From Clostridia bacterium (GTDB lineage: Bacteria > Bacillota > Clostridia > UMGS1883): a DNA stretch of 64,000 nt. Below the pieces are notes generated by a model, which worked only from the letters and a program-made list of their open reading frames with translations, made no database searches and was not told the DNA's origin. A program made the translations under genes and the position numbers. The stretch lies in assembly GCA_045656645.1 (NCBI GenBank), contig JAZORN010000103.1:18319-82318 (forward strand), in the 5' to 3' direction. This document shows positions 44,759 to 54,806 of the stretch, one piece after another. Position 1 is the stretch's first letter. Every line of letters begins with the position of its first letter.

Positions 44759-45805
44759 TTATATCTCCTTTCCGCTTTCACCGCCGTCACTTTTGATATC
44801 TATTTTCCAGCCGGTAAGTCTTGCTGCAAGACGGGCATTCTGTCCCTCTTTACCGATTGCAAGAGAAAGCTGAAATTCAGGAACGGTTACAAGTGCGGAT
44901 TTATTCTTTTCATCAATTTCCACGCTTAATACCTTTGCGGGGTTAAGTGCCGCGCTGATATACTCTGCAGGGTCTTCGCTGTAAGCAATAACATCAATTT
45001 TTTCGTCGTTAAGCTCCTCAACAATGCCTGCAACACGTGTACCCTTCTGACCTACGCAAGCACCTACGGGGTCAATACTCGGATTGTCGGAATATACTGC
45101 AAGCTTACTGCGGCTGCCCGCCTCACGTGCGATGCTTTTTATCTGAACTGTGCCGTCAGCAATCTCGGGAACCTCCTGCTCAAAGAGCTTTTTAACAAGA
45201 CCGGGATGTGTTCTTGATACCATTAAGTTTACACTTCTTGTTGTCTTTTTAACCTCAAAAACATAAACCTTAAGTCTGCGGCCGGGGGTATAATCCTCAC
45301 CGGGGATTTGCTCACTCGGTGTAAGGAGAGCCTCTGCAGAGCCAAGGTCAACCATAACGCCTCTGCGGTCAAGCTTTTCAATCTTACCGCTCATAACGTC
45401 GTTTTCCTTGTCACTGTACTCGTCATACATATTTCCACGCTCTGCCTCGCGGATTTTCTGCACAACCATCTGTTTTGCTGTCTGTGCGGCAATACGGCCG
45501 AATTTTGCAGGCGAAGCCTCAAAATCAACGCTGTCACCAATCTGGTAACGCTTATTGATTTTCTGTGCCTCCTCGAGTGAAAGCTCGGTTGCATCGTCCT
45601 CTACTTCTTCCACAACTGTCTTTGTGCAATAAACTCTCATATCTCCCGTTTCACGGTTAACCTCTGCAAAACAGTTGTAGCCATTGCCGAAATTTTTCTT
45701 GTAAGCGGTTACGAGTGCCGCCTCAAGAGCCTCAAACATTACTTCTTTTTTAATGCGTTTTTCCTTTTCAAGTGCGTCAAGCGCCAGTATAAGCTCGTTA
45801 TTCAT
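44759..45805 (-). CDS. nusA: Transcription termination/antitermination factor NusA.
   Basis: N-terminal domain, S1 domain and two KH domains (…[15 protein letters not shown]…). Confidence 0.96.
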   Translation of the reverse strand: MNNELILALDALEKEKRIKKEVMFEALEAALVTAYKKNFGNGYNCFAEVNRETGDMRVYCTKTVVEEVEDDATELSLEEAQKINKRYQIGDSVDFEASPAKFGRIAAQTAKQMVVQKIREAERGNMYDEYSDKENDVMSGKIEKLDRRGVMVDLGSAEALLTPSEQIPGEDYTPGRRLKVYVFEVKKTTRSVNLMVSRTHPGLVKKLFEQEVPEIADGTVQIKSIAREAGSRSKLAVYSDNPSIDPVGACVGQKGTRVAGIVEELNDEKIDVIAYSEDPAEYISAALNPAKVLSVEIDEKNKSALVTVPEFQLSLAIGKEGQNARLAARLTGWKIDIKSDGGESGKEI

Positions 45806-45824
45806 TTTTTGTTAAACACTCCTA

Positions 45825-46280
45825 TCAAAAATTAAAAGCCAGACGTACAGATGCCGCCTTTTGCTTTTCAATTTGTATTTCTTTTCCGTCTGTTTCTATG
45901 GTAATGATACCGTCATTGTATCCTTTAAGAATACCTGAGTAGTCTTTCTTTCCGTCAAGCGGAGCGAAAAGCTTTATCTCAATTTCCTCGCCCATAACCT
46001 TTTCAAAGTGCCAGTCACGTGAAAGCACACGGTCAATTCCCGGGGAAGAAACCTCAAAAATATACGCTTCCTTAATAAAGGAAAGGTTATCAAGCAGGGG
46101 GCTTATCTCACGGCTGACATTTTCGCAGTCCTCAATCGTAACGCCGCCCTCCTTATCTATGAAAAGACGCAGGAAGTATTCACTACCTTCCTTTTTATAT
46201 TCTGTTTCATAGATGTATACGCCGTGGCGCTGGCAGACATCAAGGGCAATTTTTTCAAGTGCCTCATCAATTTTTGCCAA
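45825..46280 (-). CDS. rimP: Ribosome maturation factor RimP.
   Basis: Contains …YFLRLFIDKEGGVTIEDCENVSREISPLLD…. The likely start is TTG at 46280, 7 nt after AAAGGAGA; the track ORF (to 46349) begins inside a leader hairpin. Confidence 0.85.
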   Translation of the reverse strand: MAKIDEALEKIALDVCQRHGVYIYETEYKKEGSEYFLRLFIDKEGGVTIEDCENVSREISPLLDNLSFIKEAYIFEVSSPGIDRVLSRDWHFEKVMGEEIEIKLFAPLDGKKDYSGILKGYNDGIITIETDGKEIQIEKQKAASVRLAFNF

Positions 46281-46456
46281 GGTATCATCTCCTTTAGGAC
46301 TATTTGTTTGGTAATAATACGAAAGAGTGGGCCGCAAGCCCACTCTCATACTCTTTTTGCATTATATCACCTAAATATATATAATGCAAGTATTTTTTGA
46401 AAAAAATTCAATTATTTACTACATTATTAATATAATAAACGGAAAGGAGTGTTTTT

Positions 46457-47197
46457 ATGCCGACAATATATCTTAGTCCCTCTACGCAGGAGGGAAATAT
46501 GTACGTTACGGGCGGAAGCGAAGAATATTATATGAATCTGATTGCAGATGCAATGGTTCCCTATCTTAGGTCAAGCGGAATACAGTATACAAGAAATACA
46601 CCCGATATGACAGCTTCAAGCTCTATTGCGCAGTCGAATATGGGCAATTACGACCTGCACCTTGCTCTCCATTCAAATGCGGCACCCGAGGGGCAATATG
46701 GGCAGGTGCGTGGTGTAGAGGTATATTATTCCCCCGGAAGTACACGGGGAAGACGTGCGGCAGACATTTTTGCACGCAATCTTAAAAGTATATATCCCGT
46801 GCCGTCCCTTGTGCGGACAATTCCCACCACCATAATCGGTGAGGTTACGCAGACACGTGCCCCTGCCGTATTTTTAGAGCTTGGTTACCACGATAATGTA
46901 GACGATGCAACGTGGGTGGAGGAAAACATACAAAGGATAGCCGCAAATTTAGTTCTTTCACTGACACAGTATTTTGGAATTCCGTTTGTAGAACCCGTTC
47001 CTCCAAGAACGGGCACAGTAAATGTTTCAAGCGGAACGCTCAATCTTCGTTCCCGTCCCAATACGTCCTCAAGGATAATTGCATCTATGCCTAATGGTGC
47101 AACTCTCAGCGTGCTCGGTCAGTGGCAGGACTGGTATGTTGTAAATTACAGAGGACTTGTGGGGTATGCCGCATCAAGGTTTGTAAATATTACGTAA
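46457..47197 (+). CDS. N-acetylmuramoyl-L-alanine amidase with a C-terminal SH3b domain.
   Basis: Amidase_3-like HLALHSNA…ELGYHDN. The C-terminus reads GTVNVSSGTLNLRSRPNTSS…DWYVVNYRGLVGYAASRFV. Confidence 0.85.
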   Translation: MPTIYLSPSTQEGNMYVTGGSEEYYMNLIADAMVPYLRSSGIQYTRNTPDMTASSSIAQSNMGNYDLHLALHSNAAPEGQYGQVRGVEVYYSPGSTRGRRAADIFARNLKSIYPVPSLVRTIPTTIIGEVTQTRAPAVFLELGYHDNVDDATWVEENIQRIAANLVLSLTQYFGIPFVEPVPPRTGTVNVSSGTLNLRSRPNTSSRIIASMPNGATLSVLGQWQDWYVVNYRGLVGYAASRFVNIT

Positions 47198-47286
47198 ATA
47201 TACTTGATAAATCTTTGTAACTGTTATATAATCAGCATATGTGGACAGAAAGTCCGTATATGCTGATTTTGCAGGGGGAAAGATAT

Positions 47287-47946
47287 ATGACCTTTTTTGT
47301 TATAGCAATTCTTATTGGATTTATATTTGTTAATTACAGTGCAAACCATATTCCGAAAACGGGACGTGATGCAGATGCATCGGGTGAAATTATTGAGGCT
47401 GTTATAGTAAACCGTGCGAAAAGCGCTGACAGAAGTGCTGTTATGAAGCTTGTACATAACAAACGTAATTTTCAGGTAAAGATGAAACCCACGGAGGCAC
47501 ATCTGTGGATAAAGGGAGACACTGTAAGAATTATTCTTTCTAAAAACACAAAAAAATACAGAGTTCTTTTTGGTGAGTATTTCAGGGAAAATGAAACGCG
47601 CATACGTGATTATGCACTGTCAATGCTTGAAAAGAGAATTAATGTGAATTTCGTTGCCGCAAAGCTTTCCAAATATACAAAAGAAAGCTTTGAAGCAATT
47701 AAAGCCTCAAAGCTTGAGTCACAGCGTATTTACACCTTTGTAACACTTATGGGAATACTTGATATATATACAGTTGTTACAGGTGTGGCAGGTGCAGTAT
47801 TTCTTATCTGGTGTGCAAAGAAAACACCGTCATTTGGTGATCTGATTGTACCGCTTTTGGTTATCGTCGTTCTTATATGGATGCTTTATAATACAAATGA
47901 AACGTGTAAGGGTATTATAAAGAAAGCCGAAAAAGAACGCAAGTAA
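47287..47946 (+). CDS. Hypothetical membrane protein (3 predicted TM segments).
   Basis: ORF in the track. The likely start is MTFFVIAIL at 47287 (RBS GGGGGAAAG). No family recognised. Confidence 0.5.
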   Translation: MTFFVIAILIGFIFVNYSANHIPKTGRDADASGEIIEAVIVNRAKSADRSAVMKLVHNKRNFQVKMKPTEAHLWIKGDTVRIILSKNTKKYRVLFGEYFRENETRIRDYALSMLEKRINVNFVAAKLSKYTKESFEAIKASKLESQRIYTFVTLMGILDIYTVVTGVAGAVFLIWCAKKTPSFGDLIVPLLVIVVLIWMLYNTNETCKGIIKKAEKERK

Positions 47947-49077
47947 TTACGTCCTTATTGGTGAAAAACGAAATTCCTCTCCGCCTTCTGTGCCGTGTGC
48001 GAGGTTATAAACATCGGTGCTTCGGCATTCAAGGAGGAAAATATCATCGTCTTTTACACAGCCGCCTCTTGTCCTTATGGGAAGTGAGGCGGTTTTTTTC
48101 ATTGCCTTTAAAACTTTGCTGCCCGTTTCATTGAAGGCGAGCGGGCGTATATATGTCGGCTCGGGAGCAGTTTTAAAGCAGTTATTTATAAGAAGATTGC
48201 AAAGAATTCTCCTTATTCTGCTTTGCGTGTAACGTCTGGTGGAAACTTCCGATACTATTTCGTCAAAGGTGTTCAGGTGTGCTGCCTTTTTAAGACGCAC
48301 GGCAAGTTCTTCATTGCAATCGGGGATAAGGCAAAGCTCCTCTGCGCTTACTGTTTTCAGGCGCAATGCAATGAAAGCATCAAAATTTTTCATAAAAAGA
48401 GGGGAGGAATCATAATTATAAAGCATATACTTGTCCGCATCCTCGCCACTTTCAATAATTGAACGCACAAACGATGCCGATGGGATTTCTTTTTCGCAGG
48501 ATTTTTCGTTATAGCCTGCCCCCATACGCTTTATTGTGACGGGTTTTATATCAGCGCGTATGGCTTTAAGCGCACGTATGTATTCTACGGCAAGAATATT
48601 GTTGGGGCTTTCAAGAAGAGTTGCGTCTGCCCCCATTTTAAAAAGTGCATAGGTGCGTGCGGCAGGAAAAGAAGCACCACGGGAAAGCTTTTCGTCAAGC
48701 GCTTTGCGAAAAGAGGGACTTTCTTCGTTTAATATATCTGCTAAAGAAGTCAGTGCGTCAATATCTCCGCACTCACTCCCAAACCACAGCTTATCTATGA
48801 CGTTGCACGCATCAAGGATTTTGACACCGCCTCTTGCAAAACCTTCGGCAGACGAAAGGGCAAAAGCGGCAGGAAGCTCCAAAACGAGGTCAACGCCGTT
48901 TTTTAGTGCGGCGCAGGCACGCTCAGCCTTGCTATATATACTGCATTCTCCTCGCTGAACAAAATTACCGCTCATTATTGCAATTACTGCGTCACTTTCT
49001 TTGCGCATATTGTCAATTAAGAGCTTATGTCCTGCGTGAAAAGGGTTAAATTCTGCAATTAAAGCACTTATTTTCAT
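47947..49077 (-). CDS. tmcAL: tRNA(Met) cytidine acetate ligase (TmcAL / YlbM, UPF0348).
   Basis: Starts MKISALIAEFNPFHAGHKLLI… and contains MSGNFVQRGE. Confidence 0.8.
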   Translation of the reverse strand: MKISALIAEFNPFHAGHKLLIDNMRKESDAVIAIMSGNFVQRGECSIYSKAERACAALKNGVDLVLELPAAFALSSAEGFARGGVKILDACNVIDKLWFGSECGDIDALTSLADILNEESPSFRKALDEKLSRGASFPAARTYALFKMGADATLLESPNNILAVEYIRALKAIRADIKPVTIKRMGAGYNEKSCEKEIPSASFVRSIIESGEDADKYMLYNYDSSPLFMKNFDAFIALRLKTVSAEELCLIPDCNEELAVRLKKAAHLNTFDEIVSEVSTRRYTQSRIRRILCNLLINNCFKTAPEPTYIRPLAFNETGSKVLKAMKKTASLPIRTRGGCVKDDDIFLLECRSTDVYNLAHGTEGGEEFRFSPIRT

Positions 49078-49175
49078 AAAATCACTCGCTTTTTTGCTAA
49101 AAGTTATTGAAAATTCCATATTTATATTATATACTATATGATTAGAAAAATAAAGTTTTTTGGAGGAATATTTTT

Positions 49176-50177
49176 ATGAGTAAATTTTTGGACACAATTA
49201 AGGAGAGAGCGAGAGCTGATAAGAAAACTATCGTTCTTCCCGAATCAATGGACAGACGTACCTGGGAAGCGGCAGAAACAATTCTTAAAGAAGACATTGC
49301 AAACATCGTAATCATCGGTACTCCCAAAGAGGTTGAGGAAAATTCCAAAGGACTTGACATCAGCGGTGCAACAGTAATCGACCCCTTTACATACGAAAAA
49401 ACAGAAGAGTACTTAAACCTTTTTGTAGAGCTCAGAAAATCCAAGGGTGTAACATACGAGCAGGCAAAGGAAATCGTGCTCGGTGACTATATGTATTATG
49501 CGTGCCTTATGGTTAAGGCAGGCGACGCAGACGGTGTTGTTTCAGGTGCGTGCCACTCAACTGCAAACACACTTCGTCCTTCTCTTCAGATTATCAAGAC
49601 AAAGCCCGGTGTAAAGCTTGTTTCAGCTTTCTTCCTTATGGTTGTTCCGGATTGTGAGTACGGTGCAAACGGCACATTCGTATTTGCTGACAGCGGTCTT
49701 GTTCAGAACCCCAATAGTGAAGAGCTTGCAGCAATCGCAGCTTCTTCTGCAGAAAGCTTTGAGCTTTTAGTTGGGGAAAAGGCATATGTTGCTATGCTTT
49801 CTCATTCAACAAAGGGCAGTGCAGCACACGCTGATGTTGATAAGGTTACAGAGGCTACACGTATCTGTAAGGAAACCTTCCCTGAAGTATGTGTTGACGG
49901 TGAATTACAGCTTGATGCGGCAATTGTTCCGTCAGTTGGTTCTTCAAAGGCTCCCGGTTCACCCGTTGCAGGTAAGGCAAACGTACTTGTATATCCTGAC
50001 CTTGATGCAGGTAATATCGGATACAAGCTTGTTCAGCGTCTTGCAAAGGCAGAGGCATACGGCCCTGTTACTCAGGGTATTGCAATGCCCATCAACGACC
50101 TTTCAAGAGGTTGCAGTGCAGAGGATATCGTAGGCGTTGTAGCAATCACATGTGTACAGGCTCAGGCACAGAAATAA
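49176..50177 (+). CDS. pta: Phosphate acetyltransferase.
   Basis: The PTA_PTB pattern is present throughout (…GDADGVVSGA…SHSTKGS…). Confidence 0.93.
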   Translation: MSKFLDTIKERARADKKTIVLPESMDRRTWEAAETILKEDIANIVIIGTPKEVEENSKGLDISGATVIDPFTYEKTEEYLNLFVELRKSKGVTYEQAKEIVLGDYMYYACLMVKAGDADGVVSGACHSTANTLRPSLQIIKTKPGVKLVSAFFLMVVPDCEYGANGTFVFADSGLVQNPNSEELAAIAASSAESFELLVGEKAYVAMLSHSTKGSAAHADVDKVTEATRICKETFPEVCVDGELQLDAAIVPSVGSSKAPGSPVAGKANVLVYPDLDAGNIGYKLVQRLAKAEAYGPVTQGIAMPINDLSRGCSAEDIVGVVAITCVQAQAQK

Positions 50178-50210
50178 TTATTTGAAAATTATCGAAAGGA
50201 AGTTTTTATA

Positions 50211-51404
50211 ATGAAAATTCTTGTTATCAATGCAGGAAGCTCATCCCTTAAATATCAGCTTATCGATATGGATAATAAGGCTGTTATGGCGAAGGGCCTT
50301 TGCGAAAGAATTACTATCGACGGAAGTAAGCTTAACCACACCCCCGCAGGCGGTGAAAAGGTTGTAATTGAAAGCCCCATGCCCACCCATGCAGAGGCTA
50401 TCAAGCTTGTAATTGATGCACTCGTTGACAAAAACCACGGCGTTATTTCTTCTATGAGTGAGATTGGTGCTGTTGGTCACCGTGTTGTTCACGGCGGTGA
50501 AAGCTTCAGCGAAAGTGTTGTTATCACTGATGAAGTTAAAGAGGCAATCAAGGGATGTATCGAGCTTGCGCCCCTCCACAACCCTGCAAACCTTATCGGT
50601 ATTGAGGCTTGTGAAAAGGTAATGCCAAATGTTCCTCAGGTTGCAGTTTTTGACACTGCTTTCCATCAGACAATGCCCGAGGAGGCATATCTCTACGGTA
50701 TCCCCTATGAGTATTATGAAAAGTATAAAATCAGACGTTACGGCTTCCACGGTACAAGCCATAACTACGTTTCAGGCAAGGCGGCAGAGCTTCTCGGAAA
50801 ATCTATCGAGGACCTTAAAATTATTACCTGCCACCTTGGAAACGGCTCCAGTGTTGCAGCTGTTAAGAACGGTAAGGTAATTGATACAACAATGGGACTT
50901 ACACCTCTTGCAGGTATCCTTATGGGTACAAGAAGCGGTGACATCGACCCCGCAATCGTAACCTTCCTTATGGAAAAGGAAAACCTTGGCATCGAAGAAA
51001 TCAATGCAGTTCTTAATAAGAAGAGCGGTGTTCTTGGTGTAAGCGGTGTTTCAAGTGACTTCCGTGACCTTGCAGATGCAGCTGATAAGGGTAATAAGCG
51101 TGCAGAGGCAGCGCTCAAGATGTTCTGCTACGGAATAAAGAAATATATCGGTAGCTATGCAGCAGCAATGGGCGGAGTAGATGCAGTAGTATTTACAGCC
51201 GGTGTAGGTGAAAATGACAGTGCTACACGAAAAGGTATTACAGAAGGTCTCGAGTTCCTCGGAATAAAGATTGACGCAGAGAAGAATAAGCTTCGCGGTC
51301 AGGCAATCGATGTTTCAGCAGAGGGTGCAACAGTAAGAACTCTTGTTATTCCTACTGACGAGGAAATGATGATAGCTACAGAAACACAGAGATTGACAAA
51401 ATAA
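50211..51404 (+). CDS. ackA: Acetate kinase.
   Basis: Contains [17 protein letters not shown] and GHRVVHGG. Confidence 0.97.
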   Translation: MKILVINAGSSSLKYQLIDMDNKAVMAKGLCERITIDGSKLNHTPAGGEKVVIESPMPTHAEAIKLVIDALVDKNHGVISSMSEIGAVGHRVVHGGESFSESVVITDEVKEAIKGCIELAPLHNPANLIGIEACEKVMPNVPQVAVFDTAFHQTMPEEAYLYGIPYEYYEKYKIRRYGFHGTSHNYVSGKAAELLGKSIEDLKIITCHLGNGSSVAAVKNGKVIDTTMGLTPLAGILMGTRSGDIDPAIVTFLMEKENLGIEEINAVLNKKSGVLGVSGVSSDFRDLADAADKGNKRAEAALKMFCYGIKKYIGSYAAAMGGVDAVVFTAGVGENDSATRKGITEGLEFLGIKIDAEKNKLRGQAIDVSAEGATVRTLVIPTDEEMMIATETQRLTK

Positions 51405-51407
51405 TTG

Positions 51408-51436
51408 TTGACAATTAAAATTTTTGATAGTATAAT
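51408..51436 (+). promoter_or_regulatory. Consensus sigma-A promoter for yceD-rpmF.
   Basis: TTGACA (51408-51413), a 17-nt spacer, then TATAAT (51431-51436). Confidence 0.65.
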
Positions 51437-51463
51437 ATGTAGGCGCCTGCTTTTGGGCGTTAG

Positions 51464-51973
51464 GTGTTTGATATGAAGATAAATATTGCATCTGTACTGA
51501 AAAATGAGGGTGCTTCGATGAATTTTTCGGGCTTAGTGGAGCTTGGGAAGACTAAGTTTATGGGCAGCACTCTTGATTTTGAGAAACCGCTCGAAATTGA
51601 CGGCAATGTTCTTAACATTGGCGGCACAATAGAAATAAGGGCGCAGATAAAGGGAGAATATGTCACGCAGTGCTCCCGTTGCGGTGATGATGTCAGAGAA
51701 AGCCTTTTTGCAGAGCTTTTTGAAAGCATAGCAGGTGACTTTTCCGATGCAGACGAGGAGTGCGTAAGTATCCAGGGCACAGTTATGGATATTGGCGGTG
51801 CGGTTGATGCGTGCATATTTAACAGTATTCCGCTGCAGTTTCTTTGCAGTGAGGAATGCAAAGGATTGTGCCACGTATGCGGCATAAACCTTAATAAAAA
51901 TAAATGCAATTGCGAAGAAGAGGTCTATGACCCGAGATTCGCCATCTTTAGAAATTTGAGTAAAGAGGTGTAG
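51464..51973 (+). CDS. YceD/YlbN (DUF177) protein.
   Basis: Its position upstream of rpmF, plus a C-terminal CxxxCxGLCxxCGxNLN motif. Confidence 0.85.
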   Translation: MFDMKINIASVLKNEGASMNFSGLVELGKTKFMGSTLDFEKPLEIDGNVLNIGGTIEIRAQIKGEYVTQCSRCGDDVRESLFAELFESIAGDFSDADEECVSIQGTVMDIGGAVDACIFNSIPLQFLCSEECKGLCHVCGINLNKNKCNCEEEVYDPRFAIFRNLSKEV

Positions 51974-51976
51974 AAA

Positions 51977-52159
51977 ATGGCAGTTCCAAAGAGAAGAACT
52001 TCTAAGGCAAGAAGAGATAAAAGAAGAGCTAATTGGAAGCTTGAGGTTCCCGGTATGGTTAAATGCTCAAACTGCGGTGAGCTTATAAAGGCACACATCG
52101 TTTGCAAGCATTGCGGATACTACAAGGGCGTTCAGGTTGTTAACAAGGCAGCTAACTAA
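51977..52159 (+). CDS. rpmF: 50S ribosomal protein L32.
   Basis: Starts [18 protein letters not shown] and has a CxxC…CxxC zinc ribbon. Confidence 0.96.
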   Translation: MAVPKRRTSKARRDKRRANWKLEVPGMVKCSNCGELIKAHIVCKHCGYYKGVQVVNKAAN

Positions 52160-52172
52160 TCACAAAAGACAA

Positions 52173-52210
52173 TTTACCGTCCCGTATTTTCGGGACGGTA
52201 AATTAATTTG
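52173..52210 (+). terminator. Rho-independent terminator after rpmF.
   Basis: 12-bp stem TTTACCGTCCCG/CGGGACGGTAAA, followed by a T-rich tract. Confidence 0.7.
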
Positions 52211-52230
52211 CCTTTGTAAAAAATTAATAT

Positions 52231-52305
52231 GCCCCCGTAGTAAAGAGGATATTACAAGCCCCTCCTAAGGGCTAGTCATCGGTTCGATTCCGGTCGGGGG
52301 TGCCA
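52231..52305 (+). tRNA. tRNA-Arg (anticodon CCU), CCA encoded.
   Basis: Manual cloverleaf: acceptor GCCCCCG/CGGGGGT, D-stem GTAA/TTAC, anticodon stem AGCCC/GGGCT with loop CTCCTAA, T-arm ATCGG-TTCGATT-CCGGT. Confidence 0.92.
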
Positions 52306-52311
52306 TAAAAA

Positions 52312-52344
52312 AAGACATTTTTCGCATTGAAAAATGTCTTTTTT
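52312..52344 (+). terminator. Rho-independent terminator after tRNA-Arg.
   Basis: Stem AAGACATTTTTC/GAAAAATGTCTT, followed by TTTT. Confidence 0.75.
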
Positions 52345-52520
52345 CAGTTATATTTGCCTGCGGCAAGTTATATTGCTACGCAGTTATATTCGGCAACGCC
52401 GAGTGATATTGTGCTTCGCACGGTTTAATGGCAAATATAATATCACTGAAACAATCAGGTTTCAATAACACTTTTGCTTTGCAAAAATATCACTCTGTAC
52501 GAAGTACAGAATATCACTTA
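52345..52520. repeat. Family-F hairpin array, left arm of a long inverted repeat.
   Basis: Seven short hairpins separated by AGTTATATT / AATATCACT spacers. It is the reverse complement of 54597-54771. Confidence 0.85.
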
Positions 52521-52565
52521 GACAAAAAAGTAGCCAAAATTAAATGTTTTATAGCCATTTTTATA

Positions 52566-52594
52566 TTGAAATTTGTTTTTTGATGGCTTATAAT
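52566..52594 (+). promoter_or_regulatory. Sigma-A promoter of the nucleotidyltransferase/kinase pair.
   Basis: TTGAAA (52566-52571), a 17-nt spacer, then TATAAT (52589-52594). Confidence 0.6.
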
Positions 52595-52639
52595 GATTAT
52601 AATAGGTGACTTTTTGAAAAATTTCAGGAGGTATGTACG

Positions 52640-53497
52640 ATGAAGGATATTACATTAGTTGTGATGGCGGCAGGAATGGGAAGCAGATTTGGCGGTCTTA
52701 AGCAGGCGGAGAGTATTACCCCCGACGGTAAGGCTATTATTGACTTTTCTGTATTTGATGCTAAAAAGGCAGGCTTTACAAAGGTTGTTTTCATTATCCG
52801 TGAGGATATGAAGGAGGATTTCATCCGCCTTGTAGGAAGCCGTATTGAAAAAACAATTAAGACAGAGTATGTTATGCAGGATTTGTCTCAGCTTCCCGCA
52901 GGAAGAACGAAGCCCTTTGGTACAGGTCACGCAATACTGTGCTGTAAGGACAGCGTGAAGGAGCCTTTTGCAATAATAAATGCTGATGACTATTACGGCA
53001 GCAATGCGTTCTTTGAAATGGCAGAGCATTTAAAAAATGCAAAGAAGGGCGAATTTGCAATGACTGCGTATGAGCTTTCAAATACTTTAAGCCCTAACGG
53101 AACTGTTTCACGCGGTGTGTGCAGTGTGGAAGAAGGCTTCCTTACCGACGTAACAGAGGTTACGAAGATTAATTCTGATATGACATGTGTAATTGACGGA
53201 AAGGATGTTACCCTTGATGCAAAGACACCTGTATCTATGAACCTCTGGGGACTTACACCCGATGTTTTTGAGCAGATTGAAAAGGATTATCAGACATTCC
53301 TTAAAGAGGCTGATTTGTCAAAGGATGAATTTTTCATTCCTACAATTATAAATGATATGGCAAAATCAGGCAAAGCAACCATAAAAGTATATACTAATAA
53401 GGATAAGTGGTACGGCATTACATACAGAGAGGATTTGCCCGAGCTTAAAGAGGCTATAGGAGGATACATCAATGCAGGATTATATGAAGGAATATAA
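52640..53497 (+). CDS. Sugar-1-phosphate nucleotidyltransferase family protein.
   Basis: N-terminal VVMAAGMGSRFGGLKQ, which is the GxGxR(F)x…K nucleotidyltransferase signature. Confidence 0.72.
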   Translation: MKDITLVVMAAGMGSRFGGLKQAESITPDGKAIIDFSVFDAKKAGFTKVVFIIREDMKEDFIRLVGSRIEKTIKTEYVMQDLSQLPAGRTKPFGTGHAILCCKDSVKEPFAIINADDYYGSNAFFEMAEHLKNAKKGEFAMTAYELSNTLSPNGTVSRGVCSVEEGFLTDVTEVTKINSDMTCVIDGKDVTLDAKTPVSMNLWGLTPDVFEQIEKDYQTFLKEADLSKDEFFIPTIINDMAKSGKATIKVYTNKDKWYGITYREDLPELKEAIGGYINAGLYEGI

Positions 53498-54539
53498 TGT
53501 ATTAAAGAGCTTTGCCATTGAGGGTGAGGTTAAAAGTATTGCTCCCTATGGTGAGGGACATATAAATTCTACGTTTCTTGCAGAAACAACAGTAAAAAAC
53601 TACATTTTGCAGAAAATCAACACTGTTGTTTTCAAACAGCCTGAAAACGTTATGAATAACATTTTACTTGTAACAGAGCATATTGAGAAAAAGGGTGCGC
53701 TTTCCCTTACCGTTATTAAAACAAATGCTGGGGAGCCTATGCTCAAAACAGAGGACGGATGCTACAGAGTATATGACTTTATAGAAAATTCACTTACATT
53801 GCAAAAGGCAGAAAGTGCAGAGGATTTTTGTAATGCAGGATTTTCTTTTGGTGAATTTCAGAAGGCTCTTTCTGACTTTGATGCAAGTAAATTAAGTGAA
53901 ACTATAGCACGCTTCCACGATACTCCCAACCGCTTTGAAAACTTTAAGAAAGCGGTAGAGGAGAATAAGTCGGGAAGACTTGACACCTGTAAGGAAGAGA
54001 CAGAGTTTGTGCTTGAACGTAAGGATACATATGATAAAATTGTAAAATCCCTTGCCGATAAGTCTATTCCCCTTCGGGTAACACACAACGATACAAAGCT
54101 TAATAATATCCTTATGGACCCTGAAACAAGAAAGGGTAAGGCAGTTATCGACCTTGATACGGTTATGCCCGGCTCAATGCTTTATGACTTTGGTGATTCA
54201 ATCCGTTTTGGTGCAAGCACAGCCGCAGAGGATGAAAAGGACCTTGACAAGGTGCATTTTGATATCGAGCTTTTCCGTGCGTATGCTGAAGGATTTTTAG
54301 GTGCACTTGGCGACAGTATTACAGAAAAAGAGCGTGAACTGCTTCCATACAGTGCATACCTTATGACAATTGAGTGCGGAATGCGTTTCCTGACAGACTA
54401 TATTGACGGCGATGTATATTTTGCAACAAAATATCCCGAGCATAATCTCGTAAGATGCCGTACACAGTTTAAGCTTGCTTATGAGATGCAGCAGCAGGAA
54501 AAAGAAATGTCAAAGGTTATAGATGAAATATTAAGATAA
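53472..54539 (+). CDS. APH-fold sugar kinase, N-acetylhexosamine 1-kinase (NahK)-like.
   Basis: Contains GEGHINSTF, the Brenner motif VTHNDTKLNNIL, and DLDTVMPG. The start overlaps the upstream gene. Confidence 0.7.
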   Translation: MQDYMKEYNVLKSFAIEGEVKSIAPYGEGHINSTFLAETTVKNYILQKINTVVFKQPENVMNNILLVTEHIEKKGALSLTVIKTNAGEPMLKTEDGCYRVYDFIENSLTLQKAESAEDFCNAGFSFGEFQKALSDFDASKLSETIARFHDTPNRFENFKKAVEENKSGRLDTCKEETEFVLERKDTYDKIVKSLADKSIPLRVTHNDTKLNNILMDPETRKGKAVIDLDTVMPGSMLYDFGDSIRFGASTAAEDEKDLDKVHFDIELFRAYAEGFLGALGDSITEKERELLPYSAYLMTIECGMRFLTDYIDGDVYFATKYPEHNLVRCRTQFKLAYEMQQQEKEMSKVIDEILR

Positions 54540-54548
54540 AGGAAAAAA

Positions 54549-54575
54549 GGCATCTGCATTGCAGGTGCCTTTTTG
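54549..54575 (+). terminator. Rho-independent terminator after the kinase gene.
   Basis: Stem GGCATCTGC/GCAGGTGCC, followed by TTTTT. Confidence 0.7.
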
Positions 54576-54596
54576 AAAATAGTATAAAAAGTAGTT

Positions 54597-54771
54597 TTAG
54601 TGGTATTCCATCTTTGATGGAGTGATATTTTTGCAGCGCAAAAGTGTTATTGCAAACTATGTTTGCAATTATATTATATTTGCCTTTTAACTGTGCGGAG
54701 CACAATATCACTCGGCGATAGCCGAATATAACTGCGAAGCAATATAACTTGCCGTAAGGCAAATATAACTG
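54597..54771. repeat. Family-F hairpin array, right arm of the inverted repeat.
   Basis: See 52345-52520. Confidence 0.85.
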
Positions 54772-54805
54772 AAAAAAGCGTACTGAAACTTCAGTACGCT
54801 TTTTT
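54772..54805 (-). terminator. Rho-independent terminator after tRNA-Gly.
   Basis: Stem AGCGTACTGAA/TTCAGTACGCT, flanked by A6 and T6 runs. Confidence 0.75.
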
Positions 54806-54806
54806 C

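Noticed and set aside
49142-49444. 100-aa minus-strand ORF overlapping the pta start.
   Set aside because: It is antisense to a well-supported pta gene, and has no RBS and low-complexity composition.
52345-52520. Possibility that the family-F hairpin arrays are a CRISPR array or integron attC sites.
   Set aside because: - Units are only 16-20 bp with no unique spacers.
- No cas or intI gene is present.
- The GTTRRRY core-site pattern is not present.
- The two arrays are inverted copies of each other rather than a single directional array.
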